NCBI GenBank assembly: GCA_951406725.2
Contig: OX597816.1
Location: 114,142,001 to 114,206,000 of the forward strand
DNA length: 64,000 bases
Source: Octopus vulgaris
Lineage: Eukaryota
Direction of reading: 5' to 3'
The notes under the pieces are model-generated. The model was given only the letters and a program-made list of their open reading frames with translations, had not been told where the DNA came from and did no database searches. Below, in pieces: positions 28,998 through 42,370 of this stretch. A program made the position numbers and the translations under genes. Within the stretch, counting starts at the first letter, position 1. Each line of letters begins with the position of its first letter.

Positions 28998-30054
28998 TAA
29001 TAATACTGGTGGTAGTAATAGCAGAGGTGGAGTTTACTTACTGTATTTAGGCTATTTTCAGTTAGACCTGTCTTGATGAAAGTGAACCTTGAGTGATTCT
29101 CTGATAAATGCTTTTTGTTCTTCAGATTTAATCGATAAGAAAAAGAAATTTAAAGCCTTCACTTTCTTTGAAAAGCCATTTCCCTTAAGAATACTCATGT
29201 TTTTTTCCTCCCTTTTTCTTTCACACTACTACTACTACTACTGCTGCTGATACTACTACTACTACTACTACTACTACTACCACTACTACTACTATCAGAT
29301 AGCTACTAGTATCAGTAGTACTAAAGTTCAAGAATGCTGAAATATTTATTATTTGTTTTGAAAAATATGTAATTGAAAAACTATACACAGTATTGAATAA
29401 GGAACAAAAAATAAAAAAGCCAAAATGTTTAAAAACAAAATGAAAGCAATAAAGATCTATGAAGGAAATAAGAAGGAAAGAAAAGCAAAAAGACTCAGGA
29501 AGCAAATGAAATTAGACCTACATTTATGTTTAAGGAATTTTTGTCCCAATTGTTGTAAATAGATTGTGAGTGATGTCTTGGTGTGGTGTTGGTGAGTATA
29601 AAGAGATGTTTTTCTATCACCAACCTCAGAATAGATTGAACTAATAAACATAAAACAATAATAGTGATGATAAAGAAAACAACAATAATAGCAAAAAGGA
29701 AAAAAAAAGAAAGAAAGAAAAGAAAATGAAAAAAAATAACAAACCCAAGAAGTCAACCTAGTTATTTGGGTAAATGTTTCATTCTTTTATTAAGAGACTG
29801 TATTGTCTAACTGGATCCTTTCAACCAAAAATTTGGAAGCAAATTACAGCAGCAAATTTTGATTAAAAGAAAATAAATAAAGTCTAGCTAAAATATAAAT
29901 AAAGTGAAACAAATAAAAATAAATGAGACTGTGTTATTAAAGATGGCAGTACATATTCTTAAATTGGAACTGAACGTTCTACATCATAGCTTTAACTGGA
30001 TAACTCGCTGGCAAACAACTGAGGAGTAGTCATGGTATATTCAGACTGGAGTTG

Positions 30055-33000
30055 ATTCTGTTTAACCCCAGGTCAACTCTGTTTGAGTAGAATGTTAACC
30101 AAAGGGTTTTCAACCATAAAAATCTCACCATTTTTTTAAATATTTGGATTTCAGGGGAATATATTGTTTTCAATATCCTATATAAAAATAAAAGAAATTT
30201 GAAACAATGTATTTCCCTGAAATTCAGTTATAAAAAGGTAGGGTTCAATTTGAAGGAGATTTGGCTACTGTTTTTAGCAGTTTGAGTGACCTGCTTGGTT
30301 TGTGATTTTGGGGAGCTTTCCATATTGTCTCATGACCATGTAGAGCATTATGGAGGCATGTGGCTTAGTGGTTAGGGTGTTGGACTCATGATGGTAAGAT
30401 TGTGGTTTCGATTCCTAGACTAGACCACACGTATTTTTGAGCAAAACATTTCATTCCACATTGCTCGAGTCCACTCAGCTGGCAAAAATGAGTAACCCTG
30501 ATGGACCAGTGTCCCATCCAAGTAGAGAATTTATATGCCATGAAAATGGGAAACCAATCCTTACGAGTCAGTATGACTTGAGAAGGTAACTCTACTTATG
30601 TAGAGCATTTCTCATGTGGACTGTGGTAGTAAAAGGCTCATAATATATCAAGGACAAGATTATATAATATGTTCTTCTTTTCTAAGATGGCAGGATAAGA
30701 TGTGAGGGAAATTTGGCTGCCATTTCCAACAGATTAAGTGACTTATAGAGGTCTCCAGATAGGCTTGTAAATAAAGGTGATTAAGATATGGTAGAGTACA
30801 ATGATCAGATTCACGACAAACAATGACTAAAATGATGTCTCTGATGATAAAGAATAATTACTGTTGTTAGGATTGGAAGAATTGCAGAAGTAGGGGACAA
30901 AACACCTTGTGGTATTTTATCATGTTTCTCTACAATCTACATTTAAGTCCTGAGTCAACTTTACCTCTCATTCCTCCTGGGTTCACAATAACTACCAGGG
31001 TCAAAATAATCAATTGTTCTCTCCCTCAAAATTTCTGGCAATATGTCAACATTGCAAATCATTGTTGCTGCTATTGCTACAACAACAACAACAACAACAA
31101 CATAGCTGTAAAAGAATTATCTTCGTAACTCAGTTTTGATTCCCAGTTTGAGAGAAAGGCATAAGTTTGATCACTGCCAATCTCACTGTGTTTGAATCTA
31201 TAAGAAATTGTAACAATTTGGTAGAAGTGATTGTTATGGTTGATCAGATGAAGGTTATCTGCAAGACTATACTTATTATCAGAAGTGGTCTAGCTGCAAC
31301 CATTCTGCCTTTTATTTAGACACCATGTATCCACTGTGTCCTTCCTGTTCTAAGACAATAAGAAGTTATTTGAGGGTGATTTGATTGTTGTTTCTGGTAG
31401 GTTAGTAGTTTAAAAGATTGCATAATGGTTCTCTTGTTAGCAATGGTGAAAGGTGGAGATGGACTAAGCTAGTTGTTACGGATAACTTTTAGAGGTTTAC
31501 AGAAATAAGTCAAAATTAGACAAAGTAGACAGTGGAAAAAGAAAAGCAAAGGATGAATTGGGGATAAAAAGAACAAATGGAAAAACTGAAGTGAAAGAAT
31601 AAAGTAGAAATGTCCAGTAAAAAGGAATTAAATGAAGAGGAATAGAGAAAATGAACTGGAAGAGACTTGTTTCTTCTATTTGGTATTTACACTCAATTGT
31701 GTTGTTCTTGATTAATTGTATATATACCTTTTATGAGATATATACAACTTCATGGATACATCATATTTCTCTTAGCTTTGACATTAATGTAATAAATCCA
31801 AGATTCAAATCCTTCTCGTAAAAAGGATTATAAAGAGAGCTCATGTGATTTACATATTTCTCTCAATCATGCACACACGAAGAAAGAAACAGTATCAAAG
31901 GGACAAAGTAATGGCCAGTCTCATTCTAACACCCAACACGGTTTTATTCATTCCTATCTGGGTTAGTTGAAATAAAAACGATGATTAAATCAAGATTTGA
32001 ACACATAGCAAATATATTTGGTTATTATGATCATACCAATATTATTCCAAGCTTTAGCCAAATTTTATTTATATGGAAATTCAAACTAAAACAAGAACAA
32101 GAAGAGGGGGGAAAAAAAAAGAAACATGAATGAAAATAAGCAAATCTAATGTTCTTTTGAACAAGATAGTATTAGATAGAAAAAGAAACAACAATGTTTG
32201 CAAGAAGAAAGCGGCTTAGCTTATTAGTCATTCTAGTTCTGAATTATACTAAAGGTATTGATTTTCCTGTTGAAACAACAACAAGATGAACAAATTATTA
32301 CAAATGTAAAACATAAATAATTGAAATGCAAGAAATATATGAAAACGCAACATTAATTTTGTAGCTGCTACATGTATCCTCCCCCTTTCATAAATACAGA
32401 CAGGTTCATTTTCTTTTTCTGTTACTGTTTCCACTAATCCCTGAGATTGGTTTGATCTAAGGCTTTAATTAGTGGAACCTCATCATTCATGAGATTCAAA
32501 CCATTCTTTTAGTGCAGAGAAAACCTAGAGGCAAGGGTATGTTACTTCATTAGCACTGGTCACAATGGCTGTATACAAAAATGAAGAGAAAGAACAAAGT
32601 GCTAGGAAGAAGAGATGGGGAAGGAGGCGGAGGAGGAGGAGACAGAGAAGGAGGAACAGAAAGAGAAGAATAAAGCAAAAAAATAAAAATAAGGAAACAA
32701 AAATGTGAAAAATAAAGACATCTGGCAAGTTCAATTAGCTGAACACAACAAGTAGATTGTTGGGCCTATATTTTAACACACAACACAGATATAGGAGAGA
32801 GTAGAAGTGGATGAGAAGTAGTAGATAGCTATGGGATGATCCATCACTGATTATATAAGGATGCTAAAATTAGTACTGACAAAGCCTTGTGGTTAAACCA
32901 TGCTCAATGGTATAACACCGTAAAGAATACAGTGCAATGGTGGTGATGATGATGGAGGTGGTGGTGGTGAAAGGGAAGAGGTGATAAGAATAAAAGGTCT

Positions 33001-33540
33001 TGGGATGGGCAGATGTGATGATGGAGAGAATAGTGTGTAGATGGAAGGAGGAGAATAGAAGGTGGAGCTGACATTAAAGAGAGTACAGTATATAAAAGGA
33101 AAAGATAATTTAGAATGGAGAAAGGAAGAATGGAAATGGAAAGCAGACAGAGAAATACCACAAGAATTCAGAAAGAAAGAAGTTGCTAGAGAAGAAACTT
33201 AAGCTGAAGAACTGGGGCAAATTTATGCTATTAACAATGAAAATGACAGTGATGATGGGAATGATGATGATGTCAAAGAAGAAAAATACAAAAGAGATAA
33301 ATCTGAAGAAATCAAATGCAATAGACAGTAATTATTAGTTTTAAGTCAGCTGTTGTTAAGATTAAAGGTATTCCAGCTATGACTAGCCTGTCTTGTGTTC
33401 TTTTTTCCTTTGAGACCTTGTATACCTTGGACTACACAGTCCAATGTCTCCTTCCTATTTTAAATTCAATTGCGAGATTTGAAGGGGATTTTGCACCAAT
33501 GTAGCAGATTGAGTAAACATGTAGAGACATTCTTGTTGGT
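30055..33540 (+). repeat. Cluster of four same-orientation copies of an old interspersed repeat (family D)
   Basis: The motif gatttgagggagatttggctgctatttctagcag.ttgagtgac recurs at about 30248, 30700, 31368 and 33476. Other fragments lie at about 50850 and 61315-61402. Confidence 0.6.
30352..30590 (+). mobile_element. tRNA-derived SINE, family C (possibly Deu/Nin-type core)
   Basis: It has box A tggcttagtgg, box B-like ggtttcgattcc and core ttgagcaaaaca...aaatgagtaaccctgatggaccagtgtcccatcca. A related fragment lies at about 22175-22420. Confidence 0.65.
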
Positions 33541-34902
33541 TCATTCATTTACTGCTACATGACTTTGGCTAAACAAGGGTAGGATTCATTTCTACTTGTA
33601 TAAGAACTAAAGTAGAAAAATCTTTCTATTAAATCGTTTCATTATCTATTTATCCAATTATTTAAATAACATATATTTGAAGAATGGCTTATTAATCATA
33701 GTAATCAGAAATTGTTTTCAGTTTGAACTGTTTTGCTTTCCCACTAACCATTTTTGTTATTTCACAATTAACAAACTGTGATACTAGTATAGTATCACAA
33801 TATAAATGCAATTGTCTGTCATATAAAAATAGCTTTGTGAGTTTGCCTGATGTTAAAGAATTCAGCATGACACAAACAAATTACACTATTATTGAATTCT
33901 TTTTACCAAGAATAAACCAACTTTATAAGGAAGAAACAAAAGCAAATGCAACATGAACAGAATTTCAATACTGAACCAAAAAGGATGAAACTAAAACTGT
34001 TAGATATTTTGTTTCAATCACCCTTACTTGAGCCACCTCACTTGAATATATAACACAATAATGTTGATGATTTTGACTAACACAGTTTGAACTATAGAAT
34101 ATTCCTGTCAATAATTTCAAAATCTACTCAAAAGATCAAAAAACAACAACAGTATTTAATGCAGTTTTCATAACAGAGCCAAAACTGGACTATTCAAATA
34201 TGATCAGTTAAATACTAAACAAGTATTAAGCAGCAGAAAAGAAAAATAGATTTTTTTTGTCTACTCAGGTTGCCATGTCTAATTGGGGTAGAACATTTCA
34301 TTCACTTTTAAATGAACCAGTTTTAAATTCAAATCTTGGTTCTTTTGAATCAAGCTTTGTTTATATAGGTGTTCTGTGGATTTACTTGTAGGTTCTCAAG
34401 AAAGTTACTATCAAACTCTACTGAAATAAAATACTGAATGAAAAATAAATGAATAAATAGAATATTTGATTAAATCTCTGATAATTGATGTCACAAATTG
34501 CAACTGACAGTTGGTAACTAAATTTAGGAGTTTATCTTTAAGTTCTATCGGAATGTTCTTAGTGAATGTTTTTAAATTCATTCTCCTGCAACTCCCTTCT
34601 CTTGAAGGTTATAATTTAGCTCTTATGAAATTTTTGTAGAGTATAAAGCAGTTACTCTTTACTTTTAGCAGGTCATTATGTTTAAATCCCTTTTATTTGT
34701 TTCTTATAATAGTCTCTGGGTAGGAGGAATGCTGAGGAAAGGTGTACATATAAAACCTCATCAGTTGGAGACAAAAAAACATTATAATGGATTGAGGATT
34801 GCTGTCAATGTTCTCCTCCTTTTTATCATTATCATCATCATCATCAACAACATCTTTATCATCAATGATTGTGACAAAATGATAGTGTAATAGTTAGAGA
34901 TA

Positions 34903-35138
34903 ACTATTTCTTTACTACCCACAAGGGGCTAAACATAGAGGGGACAAACAAGGACAGACAAACGGATTGAGTCGATTATATCAACTCCAGTGCGTAACTG
35001 GTACTTATTTAATCAACCCCGAAAGGGTGAAAGGCAAAGTCTACCTCAGCAGAATTTGAACTCAGAACGTAGCAGCAGATGAAATACTGCTAAGCATTTC
35101 GCCTGGCATACTAATGTGTCTGCCAGCTTGCCGCCTTG
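34903..35138 (-). mobile_element. SINE family A with 13-bp TSD
   Basis: It is the reverse complement of the 3842 copy, flanked by atagttagagata (34890-34902; 35139-35151). Confidence 0.9.
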
Positions 35139-36632
35139 ATAGTTAGAGATACCATTAGAATGATGTTATAAATATCTTCTACTGGAAAATATTCTTGTAT
35201 ACTACTAGCAGTAAATTACATATATACATTAAATGGAGGACAAAAATATACCATTCTATCTAAATTAAACAGCTATATAAAATTGTATATCGGAATCTTG
35301 TAAGCATTAAGCTCAGCCTCTGTATAATGTAAACAGTTATTGGATCCAAATGTTAATAGTGGGCTGGCAGAATTAGCTAAACATAAAATCTGGCCAATTC
35401 TGTACCGAACAACATTATTCCAGTCCAGAAAACCCCACCCATTTCTCTGTTTCCCTCCTTTATGCATTCTTTATTGCTTGCTTCATAACCTCTGCAACAA
35501 CATATAAGGAATGCTACAGCAAGCTGGCCTTTGGGCTGGTTGGTCAATGTCAGCTCCCCAATGTTACAGCTGACCAGTATTACTTCCAATCAAAACACTA
35601 CTGCCTTTTGCATATCAGGCTGCCATCAGGTCTTACTGACCAGTATTTTATTGATCTGCCTCCCTTCCTCTGAAATATGGCCATGCTGCTCTAATCTTGT
35701 TACGGATGACAGTAATGCAAAGCTTTCAGGAGTTCAACATAATTTACTGGAGATTATGCTCGTACACGAGATTGGTAAACTACATGTATAAGGTTGATTA
35801 AACATTGTATATAAGAAATATTACAGCTGAAACTTTTACAAAGCGTATGGATACACTGGTTCTAAGACTACATCCATTCTGAAAATATGGGTGGAAATAT
35901 AGTGAGTAATAAGCATAAACAATATAGCAAAACAACTCATGTGTATAAATATGCATACATACACATGTATGTGTCAGCATATATATATATGTGTGTGTGT
36001 TTGTATATATATACATATGCATATATATCTATATATATATTTGTATATATACATGTGTAAATATATATATATATATATATATATCTAGAGAGAGAGAGAG
36101 ATAATGTATATATACATACATATATATATATGTGTGTGTGTGTGTGTGTATGTACAAATATATATATTGATGTATATACATATATATATTTATATATATT
36201 CATATATATATATATATTTACAAATATATATATACATTTGTATTTATTTATACACACACACACACACATACATGACAGGCTAGTATGTATTCTACCAGTC
36301 TGTCTTTGCCGAACCACTAAGTTATGGGGACGTCAACACACCAACATAGGTTGTCAAGCGATGGTGGGGAGACAAACACAGACACACAAACATACACACA
36401 CACACACACGTATTTAAATATACATATATATATAAAACGTATATTTATATACATGTGTGTATGTGTACATATATATATATACACATATATGTCATATATG
36501 TATATATTATATGCATATATATATGTACATGCACATTATCTATATGTGTGAATATATACATTACATATATATATATGTATATACACACACACACATATAC
36601 ATATGTCTATATATGAATATATATATATACAC

Positions 36633-36681
<49 letters not shown>

Positions 36682-36747
36682 CACGCACATGCATAAATAC
36701 TCACATATATATGTATATATGCGTTTGCAAGATATGCAAATACATAA

Positions 36748-36919
36748 ATGTGTGGTTGTGTGGTGAGAAGTTTGCTTCCCAACCACATTGTTTCAGTCTC
36801 TCTACATGGTAAACTTGGGCAAGTGTCCTGTAGTATAAACCCGAGCCAACCAAAGTCAGTGAATATAATAGTCAGAAACTATAAGAAGTCCATTATATAT
36901 GTATACGTGTGTGCGTGCA

Positions 36920-36950
<31 letters not shown>

Positions 36951-37168
36951 ACCTATCTGCGTGTGTATGTGAGTTACAGTCTCTTTGCACAGGCAATGCG
37001 TAACAGTTGTAAATGAGTGTTACGATCATGCAAAGAATGCTCTTGCTAATTTTCCATGAAAACATGTCTGGTCATGTGGAAACCAGTGAGGGTCAGGAAG
37101 GGCATCTAGCCATAGAACATCCATATGTCCAGCTCATGTAAGCATGGAAAATTGGACATTAACACACT
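36748..37168 (+). mobile_element. SINE family B head with an alternative (RTE-like, (GAT)n-ending) tail
   Basis: The head is gtggttgtgtggtgagaagtttgcttcccaaccaca. The 3' part is aggaagggcatctagcc...aagcatggaaaattggacattaa(tga)n. Other family B fragments lie at about 18755-18905, 26550-26620, 36285-36390 and 53380-53480. Confidence 0.7.
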
Positions 37169-37186
37169 GATGATGCTTATGATGAT

Positions 37187-37225
<39 letters not shown>

Positions 37226-38896
37226 CATGAATATAATAGGCTTTTTTCACACTATCCATATATGGTGCAATGTTTATATCCCTCAAGATAACAAATTCAC
37301 AAACTACTTCTAGTGAGTCATCTGAATAGCTCATGACTACATCATCATCTAATATCAACACTTATTCCAGCTTCATTGTCTGTCTGTCTGTCTATATCTA
37401 TATAGATAGATATGCGTATATACATACATATATATATATGCATATATGGATGCACACACACACATGTATATACATATATAGATATGTGGGGCAGTTTGAG
37501 CAAGTGTCTTCTACTATCACTTTAGTTTGACCAATGCATTGCGGATAAATATGATTGATGGGAAATATACTAAACTTAGTACATATATAGTATATATTAT
37601 TATATGTATGTGTGCATGTATGTGTCTGTATGTGTGTGTGTTGGTATTTTGCTGGTTACCGTTTGAACAAATGGGATGATATTGACATAATTATGACCAA
37701 TATCTGAAAGCTTTTCAAGACCTGTGGAATATAAAAATTCCTTACTTAGGACGCAGAGGTGAGGGTTTACGACATGAACAGTGTCCGGCCTTTAGAATCT
37801 CAAATAGCTCTCTATCTTGTTCATTTTAGCATGAAAGAACAGACGTTAAGGAAATTAACGATACTAGTCATGCTGCTGTAGCCTTTGGGTTATGCCCCTA
37901 AATAAGGCACATAACTCTGCTTGCTCCAGTTTGCCTGACTGACAAGTTTCATTGTATGTTTAAGTTAGGTGGTTAGTGGTAGAAAGATCAACCAGCTGCA
38001 AAAAACATTTGCTTACTAATGAAAAAAACCAAAAACAAAAAACTAAAAAAAAAAAAAAAAAAAAAACCAACCCCACACTTGCAAGCATGAAAAATGGGTG
38101 TACACATACACATTTCTCTTTTATATCTTTATATCTGGTTTTCTCATTCCTCTGCAGCTTCTACTTATTAAAATTTCAGTCATGCTGAATCACACTTCTG
38201 ACACTTATAACTGTTCATTTTGCATACTTCAAGCTATGTGTATGTGCATGTGCATGGGTGTCTATATGTGTGTGTGTGTATAATATATATAATATATATA
38301 TGTACATATGCCTGTACACACACACACACATGCATGTGCACAAGCAAGCACAATCTCAAATTAGTAGAAGTAGGTGGTATAAATCAGATTTTATATTGCT
38401 TGTATTTGATGATCTGTTGAGTACAGGTGTTAAATAGCCTGAGTTTCCCTAGTTGTTTAAATATGTTCTAGATCACTGAAGTTAAATAACTTAATACTAT
38501 TTTTATCAGTCAAAAAAAAAAAAAAAAATAAAATTTAAAAATCCAAAATAATTTGTTTATAAATGTTGAACTAGAAATAGATGAAACTACAAACAATAGT
38601 ATACAGACATTGGGTTAAAGAACCCTTCAGATAGTAAAAGCCAAAGACCTTCAGTCTTTTCTGTCCAAAGAGTTTTAACCGAATCTTCAATCTAATATTT
38701 GCATGCTATTGTTTGTAGCATTATCAGCAACTGTTTAAAACATGAGTTATTTTATGTTTTCTTGAAGTTTCTAAATTCTTATGATGTAAGAAAAAGAAAA
38801 AAAAAACAAAGAAAAATATACAGTTCTATATTTAAGAGATGAATTATGTACATTATTTACATTTGACAGATATTTGTCCCCATCTTGTTTGTTGTT

Positions 38897-38942
38897 AACA
38901 CAATGTTTCGGCTGATATACCCTCCAGTCTTCATCAGGTGTC
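38897..38942 (-). ncRNA. Minimal type I hammerhead ribozyme motif (Penelope-type), slightly decayed
   Basis: GACAC-CUGAUGA-A-GACUG-gagggtatat-CAGCC-GAAA-CAUU-GUGUU. It has stem I GACAC/GUGUU, the core boxes CUGAUGA and GAAA, stem II with one mismatch, and an NUH triplet. Confidence 0.7.
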
Positions 38943-39129
38943 TTGGGGAAATTTCGAACCTGGGTTCTCATTTGTAATTTATTTTTCGATGTTATTATTA
39001 TTATTATTATTATTATTGTTCAGGTCACTGCCTGGAATTGAACTTCGAATCTTGGGGTTAGTAGCCTGTGCTCTTAACCCCAAGATTTCGAGTTTGATTC
39101 CAGGCAGTGACTTGAATAATAATAAGAAT

Positions 39130-39170
<41 letters not shown>

Positions 39171-39222
39171 CCACATTGATAAATACCTTAGGAATGAGAA
39201 CCCAGGTTCGAAATTTCATCAA

Positions 39223-39268
39223 GACACCTGATGAAGCCTGGAGGGTTTATCAGCCGAAATGTTGTATT
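39223..39268 (+). ncRNA. Minimal type I hammerhead ribozyme motif (Penelope-type), slightly decayed
   Basis: GACAC-CUGAUGA-A-GCCUG-gagggtttat-CAGCC-GAAA-UGUU-GUAUU. It is the mirror copy of 38897-38942. Reciprocal CpG decay (CA vs TG) implies an ancestral GAAACGUU. Confidence 0.65.
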
Positions 39269-40744
39269 TACAACAAACAATATGAAGACAAATATCCTTC
39301 AAATGTAAATAATGTAAATAAAGAAAAATATCCTATTCCAAATAGTAGAACTGAAATTGCTAGATATCCAACTTGTGTTTATTTAAGTGTCAGGGATGGG
39401 AAAAGTTTAAAAAGAAATATAAAATTAAAGTACATAATTCTTTCAATAAATATGAACTAGTATATAGAAACAGCAGTTGGAATGGGGAATAAATATAGCG
39501 AAAACGAAAGCTGTTGGTGTTGTTTTTCTCACTGATACACTTCCATTTCATGCACAATATCACATGTGTTTTTAGTCACCTCCAGCAGTGCCTTGCTTTA
39601 GCAATGAGTTCTCTTTTCATAGAAAAGTGTATTTTTTAAAAAAAAAAAGAAAAAAAGAGGATACAACCCTACACCAAGAATCCAGAAGAGTGTCACAGAG
39701 GGAGAAAAAAATGCACACACAGGATGTCAATTTAGAGTCTAAACAGTTAAAGAAGATCAATAGACAGTTGAAACATAGACTTAAGGGATGATATGATGGA
39801 AAATGTTACAAGAAAAAAAAAAAAAAAGAAGGGTGGAGGCAAAAATGATCACTTCAAAGGAAGAATAAAGAAAAGACCACATGTGAGTAAATTCATTTCA
39901 TAACAAACAACCGTCGTTGTATGTATGAATGTATGTATACGAAGATTGCTTCAAACATCTTCACATGCATACATACTAAGAATTTGTACATATCCAAGCA
40001 TAGAGCTATATACATATGTGTGTTTGTGTATGAATATATATTCACTCAGATGCATGTAAGTTTCCAATTATATGTTTACACTGTCACTCCCATACGTATG
40101 CACATGTGTCTATTTACAGCTTTGCTTTCTTTCAGCTGTATTCCAGTTAAGAGTAGGTAATGATATCCTTTACCAGCCATCAATACAATTGCCTAAATCC
40201 AAATCATTAGTAAGGATTACAGCTGGTATTATTACAACAGGCCTAACTTTAAAACTAATTTACCAGTATATTGTGCTTTTCTGTTCATTTATTTGTATTT
40301 TCATCTGTCTTTTTGATACAGCAGTTGACTGGATTTCAAACTGAATTTCTAACACAAATTTATAAACTCAGTTTTATAACAATGCAGAGAGGCTTACATA
40401 AGGATACGTTCTTGTTTTCTTTAAAGGAATGTATCATCATCATCATAAAAAAGTGATACAAATTACTGTGTTCAAAATAACATTCTTAAGATGTTTCTAA
40501 TAGAATAGAAATAGAAGAAGATATGATAATGCTTTCTTATAACTGGAAGCAAAGTCAACTGCATAAAAAAAGAAGTACCCTATCATATCATATTGATGTA
40601 CCTATCTCAATGCTCTCCTTACTTCTGTTCTGTCTCACTCCCTAGACTGCTGTAGTAAACACTTTTCTTCAATTTTTCTTTCCTACCCCCAGATTTTTTT
40701 TTTTTTTGCCCTGGAACCCTCTGTATAATATTTTTTTTTTTGTG

Positions 40745-40886
40745 CAGTAAGAGATTTGCTTCTCAAGCACATGGTTCTAGGTTCAGTTCCACTGCATGAC
40801 ACCTTGGGCAGTTGTCTTCTACTATAGCCTTGGACCAACCAAAGCCTCGAGAGTGGATGTCATAAACAGAAACTGTAAGAAGCCTG

Positions 40887-40947
<61 letters not shown>

Positions 40948-41162
40948 AATCTATCGGTCTATCTATATCTGTATGTGTGCACATGCGTATGTGTTTGTTT
41001 GTGTACGTGTTTGTTTGTGTCCCTGTAACTTAATGGTTTGGCAAAAGAGACTGACAGAATAAGTACCAAGCTTAAAAAATAAGTACTGGGGATGATTTGT
41101 ACAACTAAATCCTTCAAGATGGTGCCCCAGCATGGCCGCAACCTAATTACTAGAACAAATAA
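40745..41162 (+). mobile_element. SINE family B
   Basis: It contains ggttcagttccactgcatgacaccttgggcag..tcttctactatagcc, an internal microsatellite and the tail ggtgccccagcatggccgca. Confidence 0.85.
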
Positions 41163-41291
41163 AAAGAAATGACAAAAAAAGCATTCAGTTTGCAGAAGAT
41201 CACGGTGAACATTAATTTGAATGATTTCCCCAAGCCATCTCTGCCCTGGTTGTTGGACTAACAAAGCTCACAAACATTTTAGTCTGTGTTT

Positions 41292-41386
<95 letters not shown>

Positions 41387-41696
41387 TCAAGAATGCAAAA
41401 ATTAAGTAAGAAGATTATGTTTTACTGAGGACCAAACAAAATACAATGAAGAATCTGGTCAGATTCCATGTACACACACATGTGTGTGTATATGTGTGTG
41501 TGTAAACATGTAACTCTTCTGTAACTCCTAAATATCTCAAACTCCAAATAAGAAAAGTTTTTTCTGATTCTGTTCTCATTCTATGAATGAAACATATTCT
41601 TGCACTGGATACCAAAAGTCAATATAAGGCACCTCAGTGTCTTAAAAATGGTACCAGAGTATGGAAAAGAGCAAGTATAATAACAACGATAGATAG

Positions 41697-41730
<34 letters not shown>

Positions 41731-41743
41731 CAGATAGATAGAT

Positions 41744-41783
<40 letters not shown>

Positions 41784-42158
41784 GGTGTGTGGGTGGAAAG
41801 ATAACTGAATGGAAATTGTGATAATTTGAGTAATAAAGTTGGAAGACATTGACTAAACTAAGAATAACTACAAATATGGACAACTTAATGGGTCATGACA
41901 TGTACAAAGACAGATCTATATTATTAAGGAATGTTAGAGTTTAAAAACCATAATGTTTTAATATCTTGGGAGTAAATTACAGTCTAAAGCACACATGCTC
42001 AAATACACAAAGTGTATTTGTTGAAGTTTCTAAATATGCCATAACATAAAAATTCTTGATACATATCTGCACTGAAAATGTGTAAAATGTGATATATAAT
42101 ATATACTATTTTTTTTTAATATATATAGAAACATACATGTATGTATAAATGTATAATA

Positions 42159-42370
42159 CTTTGTACTATAGGCATAAGGCCTGAAGATGTTGGGGAGGGG
42201 TCTAGTTGATTATATTGACCTCAGTATCCAACTGGTAATTATTTTATCAATCCTGAAAAGGTGAAAGGCAAAGTTGACCTTGGTAGAATTTGAACTCAGA
42301 ATGTAAAATTGCAAGAAATGCCACTAAGCATTTTGTCCAGAGTGCTAATGATTCACCCACTTTGCTACCT
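42159..42370 (-). mobile_element. SINE family A
   Basis: It contains gaaaggcaaagttgacc...gaatttgaactcagaa and has degenerate direct-repeat flanks tacatgtatgt.taaatg. Confidence 0.85.

Larger units (their letters stand above)
38821..39353. mobile_element. Head-to-head inverted dimer (about 530-bp palindrome) of a tRNA-head/(AAT)n/hammerhead-tail element
   Basis: The left arm (38821-39060) is largely the reverse complement of the right arm (39075-39353), e.g. gtttcggctgatataccctccagtcttcatcaggtgtcttg vs caagacacctgatgaagcctggagggtttatcagccgaaat. The ends are CAGTTCTA...TAGAACTG. A 14-nt unpaired centre lies at 39061-39074. Confidence 0.9.

Noticed and set aside
38771-39460. Homologous ORFs MRTQVRNFPKTPDE.WRVYQPK (also at 55451-55753) as a protein family
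   Set aside because: The similarity comes from the repeated non-coding element. The PDE..PK pattern is simply the translation of the hammerhead boxes CTGATGA/GAAA.
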